Below are positions 1-14,029 of a stretch of 64,000 nucleotides of DNA, in pieces (positions within the stretch are counted from its first letter, which is position 1; every line of letters begins with the position of its first letter). Source of the DNA: the human T2T-CHM13v2.0 reference genome, Homo sapiens; assembly GCF_009914755.1 (NCBI RefSeq), contig NC_060937.1; one strand, given 5' to 3'. The notes beneath the pieces were generated by a model that saw only the letters and a list, made by a program, of their open reading frames with translations, was not told the DNA's origin and did not search any database. A program made the position numbers and the translations under genes.

Positions 1-3000
1 CATATACATCAATGAAAAATCAGAAATCCAATTCTGTCTACCAAAATTCTACTGTAAATATAAATACATAGATATCTGTGTGTGTAGTGCAAACAAAAAT
101 TTATAGAAAACTAGAGTTACTATATTAATGTCAAACTAAATATATTTCAGAACGAAATATATTACCAGTGATAGAAAATATACTCACTGATTATAAAGGG
201 GTCAATTTATTAAGGTAACTAAACAATATTAACACAAAGAAACTATACATGTTAAGGTGATGAATATCAGAATCCTGATTTGATAATTGTACATCGTATG
301 CTTGTATGCATATGTACCCCACACATATGTGCAACTATTATGTATCCATAATAATTAAAAATTTTTTAGAAATAAAGAATTAGATAAATGTAATAGTGCC
401 ATGTGTTTATGTTAGAAAAGAAAAAAGAATCTAATCAGTTCCTAAAGCAAATTAAACCCAAACAAAACAGAATGCTATTGTCTGAATGTTTGTGTCTCCT
501 CGAATTTCCTATGTAGAAATCCTAACTCCCAAACTTATGGTATTAGGAGATGGGGTCTTTTGGGAGGTGCTTAGATCATGAAAGTAGAGATCTGGGGCTC
601 TTTTATAAGGGTACTAAATTAGTACTACATTAAGGATAGTAAATGAGTAGTTTTCTTACAAAAGAGACCCCAGAGAGCTACCTTGCTCTTTCCATTATGT
701 GAAGATGCAGAGAGAAGGAACCATCTATGAACCAGGAAATGGGCCCTCACCAGACATCAAATTTTTGAGTGCCTTGATTTCGGACCTCTCAGCCTCCAGA
801 ACTATGAGAAGTAAATTTATAAGTTATAAGTTTATATTATTATAAATTATAAAATTATGTTTTTTATAAGCCACAACAAAAAGGTATTTTTCTATTGCAG
901 TCGAAATGTACTAAGGTAAAAAGAAATAATAAAATACATATAAGAACAAAAATCAATAAAAATTGAAAGAACACCAAAATGGAATATCAATAAAATAAAA
1001 AGCTAATTTATTAAAAAATGAAAAAATTCTAGCTATACTCAACAAAAAAGAGAAAAAATACTAAATACTAAAGCCAGTAATGAAAGACTGTCACTAATTA
1101 TACTATAGTTATAAAATGATAGTAAGCACACAATGTTTAAACTTTATGCAAATACATTTTAAAAGTTTGGTAAACGGACACATTACTTGAGAGAAAAGAG
1201 GTTACAAAATTCACTTAAAAATAAAGAGACACTATGAATAATCCTGCATCTGTTAAATACATTAAATCTATAATTTGAAACTCACACGCAAAATAATTCC
1301 AGGTCAGGAAGGTTTCACTCTTGTATTCTCACAATGTTTAAAGAATAAATAGTAACAATTCTATGCAAAGTCTTTCAGAAATAAAAGAAGCAGCAACCCT
1401 AACAGTACATTATATGAGGTACAGATTACCCATAAAGGAAAAAAATAGGTAGAGATTAACAGAAAACTACAGACCTACATTTTGATTTAAAAAATTTGTA
1501 TAGGATTATTTTATTAAAAGTAGAAAAGCATTTGATGACATTTTACACATATTCATAATAAAGACTTACAGAAAAGTAGGCAAGAGAAACAAATTATTTC
1601 AAAAGTAATAAACATATATAAAAATAGTTAATATAGTGAAATAACAATTGGTTCCTCCTACTATAAGAAAGAATGCAAAAATATCCACTATGAACCATTC
1701 TGTTCGATACTTAGAAAACTGCAATACAGTGCTGAGAGACATTAAGGCAGACCTAAATAAATGGAGAGATAAACCAAGTTCAATAATTTGAATGCTTTGT
1801 AGTGTTAAGAAGGTAGTTCTACTAAATTGATTTCTAGATTAATTGCAATATCAGTCCAGATCTCAGTAGGCTTTTTATATAAATAACAAATATTTTTTCA
1901 AAATTTCTATGTAATGTTATAAAATATTATAAATTAATATTGAAAATGTTTTACATGAAAGTTCAAATTTCTGGAGCCTTTTAAGATAAGAGGACGGCAG
2001 TGTTTCTATGGTATAAATACTAAGTATATAAAAACTGAAGACTTCTATTAATATCAGACAAAATGGGCCACAAATCAAGAAATATTTTTAGCAGGATAAA
2101 GATCAATATAATTGGTCCAATTCATCAAGAGAACCTGATAATGCAAAATGTTTTTTCACACATTAACAAACAATTCTGCATTTAAAATACTCAAGCCAAA
2201 AACTTACGGAATTGAGAAGAAAAATATACAAATCCACAATATATTTAAAGATTTGAAAACTATTTTCTGATATTATTAAACAAGTAAATAAAAAATTTTA
2301 AAGAAAATATCTACAAATTTAATGACATTATAACCTAACAAGTTCTAGGATGCATGGAATATTATACTCATCACCAGCAAAAACTTATTTTATTTTCCAC
2401 ATGCACTAACATTCATCACATGTTAGGCAACAAATAATAAAGTTTCAACAAATTTAACAGGACTAGATCTTGGAGAGTATGTTCTCTGATCCAATAGAAT
2501 TAAATTTAAAATAAAAAACAAAACCAAAACTACAATGAAATCCCCAAATATTTAGATATAATAAACTTCTAATGATGCCTTGAAGCAAATAGTAAATCAA
2601 AAGATAAATTAGAAAGTATTTTGGTCTGGATAAAAATAAAAACACTACAACTTCAGGAATCCTTTGGAGAAATACGAAGTTTTTAATGTTTGTATTAGAA
2701 AAAGGAGAAATGTCTAAAATTAATGACACAAATGTCTACCTGAAAAAGTGAAAAGAAAACCAAATTAAACAAGAAGTAGAAAGTAAAATATAGAGAAAAA
2801 CTAAAATTTCATAAAGACATAACAGAAATTCAAAAGGAAAAGATGAAATTTAAAACTGATTCTTTGATAAAAGGAATAAACTGAATTAAATTCTCGATAG
2901 TCTGAGAAAGATACAAGACAGAAATCTGTCAGCAACCACTTTCAGGAAATAAAGTGGGCAAGGTTGGGAAGATGGTGGGTGTTGTAAAGATACTACAAAT

Positions 3001-3225
3001 ATCAAAATGATAATAACTTAAATTATAAAAACTTTATGCCAATAAATTTGATAATGGTTGAATAAATTATATGGTTAGCAAAATAATCTTTACAATTACT
3101 CTAGAATAAATAAAATTTCTTCATATCTTTAGATTTGTTAAAGATACTGAATTTTAATTTAATACCTTCTTAGGGGAAAAAAATTCCAGACTCAGATGCC
3201 TTCACTGTTACATTTCATTCTTTTT
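1..3225 (+). mobile_element. Mosaic of old L1M (ORF2) fragments, including an L1MA-like 3' end at about 245-365; interrupted by an MLT1A LTR
   Basis: A-rich decayed ORF2 motifs (tatattaatgtcaaactaaatatatttcaga; gcaaattaaacccaaa; aaaagcatttgatgaca; gacctaaataaatggagagat; ttctctgatccaatagaattaaa); endonuclease-region sequence occurs twice (about 100-240 and about 2000-2500), so at least two copies. Confidence 0.75.
473..918 (+). mobile_element. MLT1A-type MaLR solo LTR
   Basis: Starts tgctattgtctgaatgtttgtgtc; contains aaagagaccccagagag, ccctcaccagaca, cagcctccagaactatgaga; flanking L1 sequence is continuous across it. Confidence 0.85.
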
Positions 3226-3384
3226 AAATAGGTAAATGTTACAGTGATTATTACTCAAGTGTATATTCTGAGAATTTTTACAATAATTTGTTACATAGAT
3301 TAATTTTTTTTCTTCAAAATACAACTAATTTACTGATTATACTTTTTAGGTCTTCTATTAACATTATTAGGAAAATTTAGAAAA

Positions 3385-4220
3385 TTTATTCATTTATATA
3401 CAAAATTAATAGACACATTAAATACTCTGTGCCACCCAATGCCCAATTCACTGAGAACATTTTACTGAATAAACAAAAAATTTTGACCCTTGATTACCTT
3501 ATTGTTGGAGGTAACAAACCATAGAAGATAGACAATGTAAAAATAAATAAGTGGTTTTGACAATGGACAATAAGCAAAAATACCTGTTCACTTGTTGTAT
3601 TGGTACATTCTCACACTGCTATAAAGAGCTGCTAGATGCTGGTTAATATATAAAGGAAAGAGGCTTAATTGACTCAGAATTCTGCAGGTCTGGGGAGGCC
3701 TCAGAAAACTTACAATCATGCCAGAAGGGGAAGCAAACCATGTCCTTCTGCACATTGTGGCAGGAAGGAAAAGTGCAGAGTGAAGGGGGTAAAAGCTTTT
3801 TATAAAACCACCAAATCTCATGAGAACTCACTCACTATCATGAGAACAACATGGGAGAACCACCCCATGATCTAATCACCTCCCGGAGATCCCTCCCCCA
3901 ACACATGGGGATTATAAATCTGATTATAATTCAAGATGAGATTTTGTGTGGGAATGGAGCTAAATCATATCACTAGAATAGATAATATATATAATACATA
4001 AGTAAATTTTATAGTATACTAGCAGATGGTTAATTCTACTAACAAATACAGAAAGGTAAAGGATGAAAGGGATCTCTTGCTTAAGAAAGGGATACACATT
4101 TATATGTGTTGATTTTAAGGAATCAACAAGGAATGATTAGCAAGACTTGAAGAGAAAGGAGAAGCCATGTGAGTCTCTGGGGTGGAATGTTACAGGCAAA
4201 GATAAAAGCCAGGAAAAAGC
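3385..4220 (-). mobile_element. L2 fragment interrupted by a THE1 LTR
   Basis: Degenerate L2 3' motifs such as agccatgtgagtctctggggtggaatgttacaggcaaag. Confidence 0.5.
3596..3972 (-). mobile_element. THE1D-like MaLR solo LTR
   Basis: tgtattggtacattctcacactgctataaag ... ggggaggcctcagaaaacttacaatcatg ... ttcaagatgagatttt ... catatca. Confidence 0.88.
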
Positions 4221-4238
4221 AGACACTTCCTATATTCC

Positions 4239-4586
4239 TGTATTCATCCATTTTTATGCTACTGATAAAGACATACCCCAGCCTGGGAAATTTACAAAAG
4301 AAAGAGGTTTAATGGACTTATGTTTCCACATGGCTGGGGAAACCTCACAATCATGGCAGATGGCCAGGAAGAGCAAGTCACATCTTACATGGATGGTGGC
4401 AGGCAAAGAGAGAGCTTGTTCAGAAAAACTCCCTCTTCTTTAACCATAAGATCTTGTGGAACTTATTCACTATCATGAGGATGGGATGGCCTGCCACCAT
4501 GATTCAATTATCTCCCACCTGGTCCCTCCCACAACACATGGGAATTCAAGATGAGATGTAGGTGGGGATAAAGCCATACCATATCA
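4239..4586 (-). mobile_element. THE1A/B MaLR solo LTR
   Basis: tgtattcatccatttttatgctactgataaagacatacc ... gagcaagtcacatcttacatggatggtggcaggcaaagagag ... ccatatca. Confidence 0.9.
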
Positions 4587-4599
4587 CCATCTCTGTGCA

Positions 4600-5290
4600 A
4601 ATGCTCTCTCTCTTCTATTTAGCTCTGCAATTCTAGCTAAATTTTCCTTTCTAAGCCCCAATCTTCAATTTCTCAATATACAGGGAGAGTTATCCTTTCT
4701 TTGGATTATCCTTTCACTGTGTCTTCTGGAAACTGAGAGAAAGCTTGGGATAAGTCAGATTTTATTTTTTCTTTTGTCAGGGATCAGCATCCTCAGCTTC
4801 TTGTCAATGGTTAAAAAATCACTGTTGATTATATTTTGTCTGCAGTTAGTTTTTATTTGTGTATGTGTTTTTGGTTTTTGTTTGTTTGTTTTGTAAAGAA
4901 TTTAGTTTAGTTCCTCTTATTGTATCATGGCGAAGTACAGCTATCTTCAACCTATTTTTTCTGACCAATCTTTGTCTTTATATTGATTTAACATTACTTT
5001 TTAAATTTAGTCTTAAAATTCTTACTTTAAATAGTAGTTTTAGACTACTTATATTTAATATTGTTATCTATATTTTGGCCTTAAATCTACTATCATAAAA
5101 TTTATTTTCCATAAAATTTAATCTGTTCTTTATTACTATTTTCCACTTTTGATGCTTTATCTTGGATTAAGTGTTTAATTTTGAATTTTATTTTATTTCA
5201 ACTAATAAGATTATTAGTCATATGTTTTTGCTTATTTTGTCCTGTTAGGTGCTCTAAGGTTTATACTATGTACCTTAACTTTCCAATAAC
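4600..5290 (-). mobile_element. Old L1ME-like fragment
   Basis: T-rich decayed sequence with tttagactacttatatttaatattgttat and ttatcttggattaagtg, typical of antisense L1ME. Confidence 0.5.
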
Positions 5291-5324
5291 ATTAAGGTGA
5301 CTGAATATTTTTGCCCTGATACCT

Positions 5325-6510
5325 AGAAAAAGACAAGCATGCTTGCTCTGATACATTCTTTTGAAGCTTATACTACATGTCTTAGCAATGCATTGAGAGA
5401 GGTAAGAATACATACAATTTAGAAAGAAAGATGTCTTTCTTCACAGATATTATATTCTGTGCAGAAAATAAAGAAGATATTTGCAAAAAAGTTAGTAAAA
5501 TTGTGTGTTTATGTAGATCACAGGATATAATAATAATATACAGAAATCCAGTATATTTTGATAGATTTGCAATGACCATTCATAATCTGAGAAAAAAAAA
5601 AACAAGGAAAATAAGGGAGTGCTCAAATGCTAAAAAAGACATGTTAAAAGAGCTGAGAAACTTGAATAGTTCCTACTAGCAAAATTAGCAAAACTGAATC
5701 AATAAAATAAGTAAAGGAACAGATCATGGGCCACTGAAAGAAATAGGAATCCATGGGTCCACGTGAGATAAATCCATGAATTAATGAATGAATAAAAGAA
5801 GGAAACACTATTTTTTTCCCACAGAGTGCCAACCAATAAAAGGAAAAGGGTTGATATTGTATGTTAAAAAATTATCATTTGAAAATCTTCACATTGTATT
5901 TGATTGAGTGTTGAGGCATCAATGGATGCTAAACCTAGTGGGTAAATGTTGGAGAAGAAATAGGATATTTTCACAGTCTCAAAGTATCTCTCCACAAAAC
6001 ACTTAATTTTAGATTAATTACATGTATATATACATGTATACAATAGATAGTCTATATATAAAATATCATTTTATGTCATGTTATATTAATATAAAGAAAA
6101 TGAGGAGTACCTCTGCAATAGAGAAATCTGGAAGACATTACCTTTCAAATGATCAAAATTAAAATCACCACTGATGGGAAAAATTAATTTCATATATAAC
6201 CTGAAGAAATATGATAAGAAGAGCATAGCATCATGTTGGTGATTTTATTGCCAATAATGCATGTCTTGACATCTCATTATGAGAAAACACCAGACAAATC
6301 GAAATTGGGAGACATTCTAAAAATAGAATCCATTGGAATATTACCTTCAAAAAATGTTTAGGATGCTATGAAGGTTGAAGAAGGACTATGGAATGCTTCT
6401 GATTTAAAGAAGTTAAAGAGACATAGGAACCAGGAACAACACATTATCCTGAAGTGGATTGTTTTTTATAAAAAGCATCAGGGCAGTTTGTGAACTAGAA
6501 TGGGTCCTCT
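5325..6510 (+). mobile_element. L1MC-like ORF2 fragment plus 3' UTR
   Basis: ORF2-like tcttcacagatattatattctgtgcagaaaat; L1MC-type 3' UTR gagaaatctggaagacattacc and tcattatgagaaaacaccagacaaatcgaaattgggagacattcta. Confidence 0.65.
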
Positions 6511-8559
6511 CTTGGTGATTGTTACATGACAGCTGTTTGCATCACTTCAGCAACTTAAAGATAAATTGCTTAAAGATAAATTGGCGTCGTTTCATACAAA
6601 CATTAAAGAAAATGGTAATGTCCAACAGGCACAGAGTGCCCGCCTAATTACTGTTCCAGGGGTCCTCAGAGGCTGTTTTCCTACTATCTTCTTGATTTTT
6701 AAAATATATTTTAGTTGATTGGTTTTATTCATGCCATAATTGGTGGAAATTAATCCTTGATTCTATAAATTTTTACCTAGTCCGTTTCCAATGTTTTTTG
6801 TTTGTTTGTTTCTCTTTCCTTACTTATTTATTTATTCTTTTCTTTTACTTTTTTTGTAAAGTGGAATAAGTTAGGAATGAGTATATTATGACCAACTAAA
6901 CTGAGTAGTTTTATGTCAAGTTGCAAATTATGTTAAGTATCAAATATTTGATTTTTCTTAGATTTCAAAATAGTCACTTTTCAGAAAAAATCATTAGTAG
7001 TTTTCTAAAAATAAAATCCTCTTGATTCAACAAAACATACTTGATGTGGTTTTTCCTCCCAAAACAGGCTCCTCCTTGAGTTATTGGGAATAAGTAATGC
7101 TTCTCAATAAAGCTTCGTGTCAACAAATCTGAACATATAACATCTCAGCTAGAGCAAGTTACTAAAAATAGGCTCAATTTGTATCTTGCAGTCATGCCTT
7201 CATAACCACTTTTCAATTAATCCTGCTTAATTCAGAGAATGTATAAATATGTAATTTTGCATCACTTTTAAGGCAGCCATTTTATTTTGAAATGCAACTA
7301 ATGTTATATGCATAAATTCAATAAATACAAAGCTGTTTTCAAAAATTGAATGTTTTTACTTGTAAGTTATTCTTTCAATAATAATAAAGAGATGATCACT
7401 AGTCATTTTATTTTTCATAGTTGAATTGATTTAGTTGAACTTCATTGGGTGTTCTTATGTTTTAGTCATGAGTCCATGCTCTTTAACAAGCTAAAGGAAA
7501 CCATAATATATGCTAAAAGATGTCAGTTTGTGAACAATTTAATGAATATATAGAGTTACAACATTTTTCCCGATTGGATGTTGGGGTTTACTATAATTCT
7601 TTGTTACTTTATATGTGAATATACTCACTACTCACTATGTTTATGTATGTAGGAAACATGCTAGTGATGAAAATTCAAGCAGTTATTACCCTGGTTTTCT
7701 TTCATTAACAAAATACAGAATAGAAATTATCTACTTATTCTTGGAGGTCTTAAAATATCTTTTCAGTTGACTGGTAATTCTGCTATCAAGAGCTACAAGT
7801 AGGTGCTCTGGCCATCTATATCTGTATTTCCATATATTCAATTCCTTACTATATATTTCTCATTTGATATTCTATACCCAATTCAAACAAAACCATTTCA
7901 TGTATACAATGTACTTTTATTTATGCTTTTCTCTATCATTAAGTAGAAAGCCATTTGCACCTTAGTCTAAATCTGAAATGTGCCTCTACCTAACCTTTCT
8001 AATACATTTTCACTATTTCTTAGTTATTAGAATAAATTTACATAATTTCTGAAACAACTTTCTCTATGGAGTATTCCCTTTGGTTTCTTTTCCCTTCCAA
8101 ACAATTTAATGAATTACAAATATGGGGGAGATATTTTTTCAATGGGTAAGACTTGACTTCTACAAATACATGTTTAATTCCTTCTCAAAATTATTTCTAC
8201 TTCCTCTTATTCAACACTGTGCTAGATTTTAGGGATATATAATAAGACAATATATGAGGTCCTTGCTGTTGTGAAAGGTACATTCTTATCTTTGGCAAAT
8301 TGTAGAATCTTTAGCTTTGGTATACAAGGGCATTGGTGTTTGGTACATGCTTGGCTCTTTGCCTTAAGAATTGCCTCTTTCCACCATGCATATTTCACCT
8401 GTGTGGGAATTCTTGCAGATCTCTATATTATTGATAGCCATTTTGCTCTGACATTTTATACAAAGCTGAATCAGCAACAGTATGACTAAACACAACCAAA
8501 AAGGAAAGCTAGAAAGATTATATTAGACACTTACGTGTATGGATCATTATGGTGAGGAC

Positions 8560-9006
8560 TGCTAAAAAAACAAACAAACAAACAAACAAAAACAAAAAAC
8601 ACCTTCAGCCAAAATAAATTTACAGTTTAATTGAGTGATGAATGATTCATAAATTGGAAAGCCCCCACAATCACAGCAGATTCAGAGAGACTCCAGGGGT
8701 GTCTCATGGTCAGAATGAATTTATAGACAATACAAAGTAAAGTGATGTATAGAAATCAGAAGTGAGGTACAGAAACAGCTGGATTGGTTACAGCTTGGCA
8801 CTTGCCTTATTTGAACACTCAGCTGTATGCGACTAGTTGAAGTATGGCTGCTGGAATTGGCCAAGACTCAGCGATTATTACAGGTGCATATTCCTAAGTT
8901 AGGTTTTAGTCTTGTGTACCTATTGAATTAGGTTGCAGTTCATTCACAAGGACTGAAATATAGAAGTATGGCGTTTTTCTCAGGCCATATTTAATTTGAT
9001 TTAACA
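8560..9006 (-). mobile_element. MER57A-type ERV1 solo LTR with (AAAC)n near its 3' end
   Basis: Reverse strand begins tgttaaatcaaattaaatatggcctgagaaaaacgccatacttctatattt; TG...CA ends; 4-bp TSD GGAC at 8556-8559 and 9007-9010. Confidence 0.88.
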
Positions 9007-9302
9007 GGACTTTGGGTATGTCATTGTATTTTACTAATATATTTTACAAACACCCCATGTTATCTTAATCTATTTAAGTTCACACTTTTTAATCAAATTT
9101 TACTTTAAATGTATCTAACCTCCTAAATTTCTGCCTTTGTGAACCAATAATACTTTTTCCAAATTCTTATTATAGCACATATCAGACTATATAGCTATAG
9201 ACACTTTGGCATCATTGTTTTCCCATACAAAACACAATACATTTAATGAATTAATGAATGATGCATCAGCAAAGAAGGTTTTACTGAAAGTAAGAAAAAT
9301 TA

Positions 9303-10655
9303 TAAGCCAGTTTGGGTTTCCCAAGAATCAGACACCAAGATGGTATTACACATATAAGAGAGTAACCAGAGAAAACACCTTTGAAGAATAAAGAGAAGAT
9401 AGAGCAAAAGGAGGCTGCAAGAGCCTCCAGATCATGATGCAAGCCTGGCACCTCAAAAGAAGAGAGAGCATGAAAGATAATTGGAAAGGAGGAGCCTCAG
9501 AGAAGAGTGCATATCTGAGAAATTGTCAGCCACACTGGAAGAGCACCAAAGTGAACTTTGACCTTTAGATGAGTCCATGTGGGACAAGAATGAAAAGCCC
9601 TATAATATCTTCCTTGCTCAGCATTGGCAGGGAGCAACCTAAGGAGAGCATGGCACCTGCATGTAAGCCAAAAATAAAATTCAATGTCCGTTAACCAACT
9701 AAATGGGCCCTTTATCTTGGCCAAGGGCATTTTAAACTAAACCTGAAACAGTAATGGAGGCCATGATGGAAATGGGTGGTTGAACATGCTTCGTTATTTA
9801 CTTTCATCCTTTTGGAATTCATGCATAGCTGAACAGTGTTAACAGTAAAGTAGAGACTTAAGAATGACAAAACAGACCCTTCATAGCAATAAGATGTCAA
9901 CATGACAGATAGCAGGCCTTGAAAGAAATCAAAGTATTTCACTACAAAAATACATTTCTTTGACATATTTTGAAATGGCCCTACAAGGCTGTTTCTGTGG
10001 GGAAAATCTCCATTTTGTAGAGAATCCCCTTCTCTTTCCAAGTCTTTTTCCTGATTTTTCCTGATTCCAAGTCCTTTTTCCTTTTTATGTCTGATAAAAA
10101 TCATTTACAATCTATTCTCAGTGAAGCCTGCTACCTGCAAGCTTCATCTGCATAAGAACCTCGGTCTCTAAAACACCTTATCTTAACCCATACACTCCTG
10201 TCTATTGATTCCAGTCTTTAGATAAATTATTTTAGCCAGTTGTCAAATGCCAATCAGAAAATCTTTGAATTCACCTTTAACCTGGAAGCCTTCACCCACC
10301 CCACCCCCACCTGCTTTGAGTTGTCTAGCCTTTCCCGATTTTACCAATGTATATCTTAGGTGTACTGATTGATGTCTTATGTCTCCCTCACATGTATAAA
10401 TCCAAGCTGTAGCCCAACAACCTTGGCACATGTTCTCAGGATCTCCTGGGCTGTGTGACAGGCCGAGGTCACTCATATTTGCCTCAGAATAAATCTCTTC
10501 AAATATTTCACAGAGTTTGACTCTTTTCTTCAACATGCATTACCACTGTAGTAGCTCTGAAGTGGTTGAGTTGGAGGTAACCCACCAACAACCCTCCTCC
10601 TGGAAATTTCTCTTGAATGAAAATATGGGAGGAGTAAATTCTTCACTGCCAAATA
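9303..10655 (-). mobile_element. LTR16-type (ERVL) LTR split by a MER4 LTR
   Basis: gagcctccagatcatgatgcaagcctggcacc and gaggagcctcaga...tctgagaaa; resumes after 10539 with ttctcttgaatgaaaatatg...ctgcca. Confidence 0.6.
9662..10535 (+). mobile_element. MER4D/E-type ERV1 solo LTR
   Basis: tgtaagccaaaaataaaattc ... cttggccaagggcatt ... cagaataaatctcttcaaatatttcacagagtttgactcttttcttcaaca; 4-bp TSD TGCA at 9658-9661 and 10536-10539. Confidence 0.9.
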
Positions 10656-13600
10656 CTATTTCAAATTCTTTCAAGCATAAGGTAAATTCATTATTTAACA
10701 TAAAAGTCAATCAAGAGGTAAAAAGAGGTCACAGTTTGCTTACGTATTTTCTGGCACTTCTTTGCTATTGGCTGTGTCACTTTTACCCTTAACATTTCTG
10801 CAAAAATGTCTGCAGACATTTAGGGTCAACATATTCAGATACAACCTTACCCAGAAGACCAAGAAAGAGACACCAAGAGAAACATTTATCTTAAAAACTC
10901 TTAAGGTAATTTGCCCTGATTTGCCTTTGTACTGAATTGGGTCATATGCGTATTTTTGTTCTTACTTTTGGCAAAGAATCAGGCTATACTTAGAGTAATC
11001 ACATCATACCTGAATCTGAAGACGAGACAGTAAACTTAGAGAAGTACTGAAGCCTTGGAAGCCTTGGATATATTGAATATGTTCTATCTTAGAAAGAAAA
11101 GGTGAGATAATGTATGCTGGCAGTCAACCAACAGCATATGCTCCTAATGAACAACTGGAGAGTCATTTAAGTTCAATGTTGGGGATTTTATTAGAAACTG
11201 TAAGATGAATACACAATTCATTTTCTCTTTCCTTGTAAATTTGGACAATATTTGCTATATTCGCCTATATTTTGGCATAGAAATTTAGGTTCTAAGTATA
11301 TAGTAGTGATGTAGCCTTCTTACAGGGTCACATAGACCCACAATTAATAATTTTTAACACTCTTTTTATTCTCTCTGGTTGGCTAACATTAAAACAATCC
11401 ACAGAAAACCCCCAAGAGCTATGTATTGAGGATGGCAAAACCACAGATGGGAAAATAATAAATCTTTGAATGACCCTGCAGGAAATCACAGATAGCATTC
11501 CTATTATTTAAGCAAGCAATAACTTTTATTGTTTTAAGAGTTGGAGGTTTAATTTTTTCAGCATTACTGTTACCACAATTATTACAGGAAATGAAACTAG
11601 TAAAAAAAAATAGAGGGAACAAAGTTTATTGACATCTATGAGGCATTTTCTTTCCCCTAATATTACATACTCTAGATTTTATTTCTGTACAAAATATATT
11701 CTCTATGTCTAGCCTAAAGAACTATGTCTTATTCATATTTATACTCTTCATAGATCAAAAGTGTGCTTAAAATACTGTATATTTAATGAGTTATTTTTGA
11801 ATGTAAGCAACTTTGAATTCATCTTTGCATTTTTAATCTTATGTTGCTATTAAATGTATTATTAAATTCTACTAACACTTTCCTCAAAATAATTCTCAAT
11901 ATTTTGGTTTTTAATTTTTTACTGCCTTTGCATTCTCCTGGCAGAGACCCATTTCACCTCTTCTATAGATTATTTCATAAAGATTTTATAATCTGTATCA
12001 TATATATTTACAATATTAAAAGTTATCTGTAGCACTCTCTCATTGTTGCTTATAGATTAGGTTTGCTTCTCTATGTACTATTCTGGTAGGCAGTGGTTAA
12101 ATATACTGCTTTAAGCCTTTTCACAGTACCTTCTATAATATCATCATGCACAGTTTTACGCACACAGCAGAAAATCAATGAAACATACTTAATTGACTAA
12201 AAATTGAAAAACATTGGTATATATGTAGGACAGATACTCATATTTTTATAAGCCCAACTCTGAAATGGTGATGCATAAAAAGTTGATAATTCCTTTTAGC
12301 AGAAACTATTAATAGTCATTTTTCAACATAATGCAAAATATATTTGAGATTGATAAATATTTTAGAACTCAAGTGTAAGAAAGCCATTAAGGGAATCCCA
12401 CAATTTTCTTTGTTTCTAAAACCTAATATAATTTAAGATTATGAACAGCCTTCTTTCTCAGAAGAAAAACATATCACCAACCCACTACATAAAAAAAATG
12501 CATTATTCCAATCAATCTTGTTAATATACCATAGAATATTGAATTTTTTAAAAAAATTCAGAACTTTAAAAATAAATACTAACCATAATAGCTCAATTAA
12601 AATTATCTCTATATTCTTGGAGGTTTTCAAATGCCATATCTAAAAATAGGATATAGTAAGGTATATCGAGGGATAAACTAGCTGTTAAAAAATCATTGAT
12701 TGAGACCTGTTATTATTGGCTAAGTAAACTTCTCTTATCTTCCAAAACATGTTCCATTATTTCATAAGATCTAGAAATGATATCACGTTTGAAATTTGTT
12801 GAAATGTTTTCCTATTGACCTACTTATAAATGGGTTATTTACATATTCAGGGTAATTACTTGTGCTTAAAACTGTTTTCAAGATAAATTTGAACTGTGTC
12901 ATTGTTCATATAAAAGAAAGATGCTTCTTTTCAATTAATTTCTATTAGTTAATTCTACAAATTGTGTTTATTTCAATGGAGATTAAAGAATATAAAAAGA
13001 ATAATGTTTCTGTTTTAGACTATATTAGTAAACCATTTGTGGGGTGGGGCAATGAGGATAAACTCCATCAAAGGAACATAAGTTAGAAAAGTTGTAACAT
13101 AAACTTAGGTTATAAGTCTGAATTACCCTAGACAGTTAGTCTATGGAATATGCGACTGTATACAGCCTCAGCTGGAAGCACTGCCCTTAAGCAAAGACCA
13201 TGAAAGAGATGCTGAAATAATTATTCAGGCAGAAATTTAGTATGATATTTCTTTGGGAATGTTCTCCGATAGTTGGAAGTCAAAATAACAAGTAATTCTC
13301 ACTTCCATTCTTTGTCTTCTCGATATACATCCCTATATCTTGCAAGGCATTTAGCAAATTAAAGTACATTTACCAGCCTCCTTGCACTTTGATGAGGCAA
13401 TGTAACTAATTTTTGGACGATAACGTGTGAACAGAAGCAATAATTGCAGCATCTAAAAGAAATGTGTGTGACCTTTTACCCCTGTTACCATGCTTTAGAA
13501 TTCATAGCTGCTTTCAGCTACTTTATATATAAAATAAGCATATAAAAGCAACAAAATAAATCAACATCGTAGAGCTATCGTGACATCACTGGACTTCTCC

Positions 13601-14029
13601 TAAAAGTTTTACATGAAAAATATGTGAATTATTTCAAGCTGCTCTACTTGTTTTTCATAGACTGTGTCATTAATTAATTTTTTATGTATCACTAAAAAGC
13701 ATTTTTAAGTGCCTCTAAATTATGGCACACTGCTAAATATTTTCTAGATGCCTCAAAAAAGTTTTTATATGCAGTAATTTTGTTTTACATATACATGCAC
13801 ACTTACTGATTTCAAGTTTTTTCAACTTTCATACGAAATTGAAAGTTGAAAAGGCACATGAAATGTCTTTTTGAAATTCCTAACTCAATTTAATTTTTTT
13901 TTACATTTAGGTTTACCATATTGTTTTAACAAAATGCTCTGTATTTATTCTAATATTTTAAAAACTTTAGGAATAAATTAATATTTTGGATTGTTCTACA
14001 GTATTGTATCCTGAACTGGAACTTTTTTT

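Noticed and set aside
7040-13090. Putative small exons (pyrimidine tract plus AG at about 7068 and 13018)
   Set aside because: Splice-like words are common by chance; donor sites are weak and there is no reading frame or other support.
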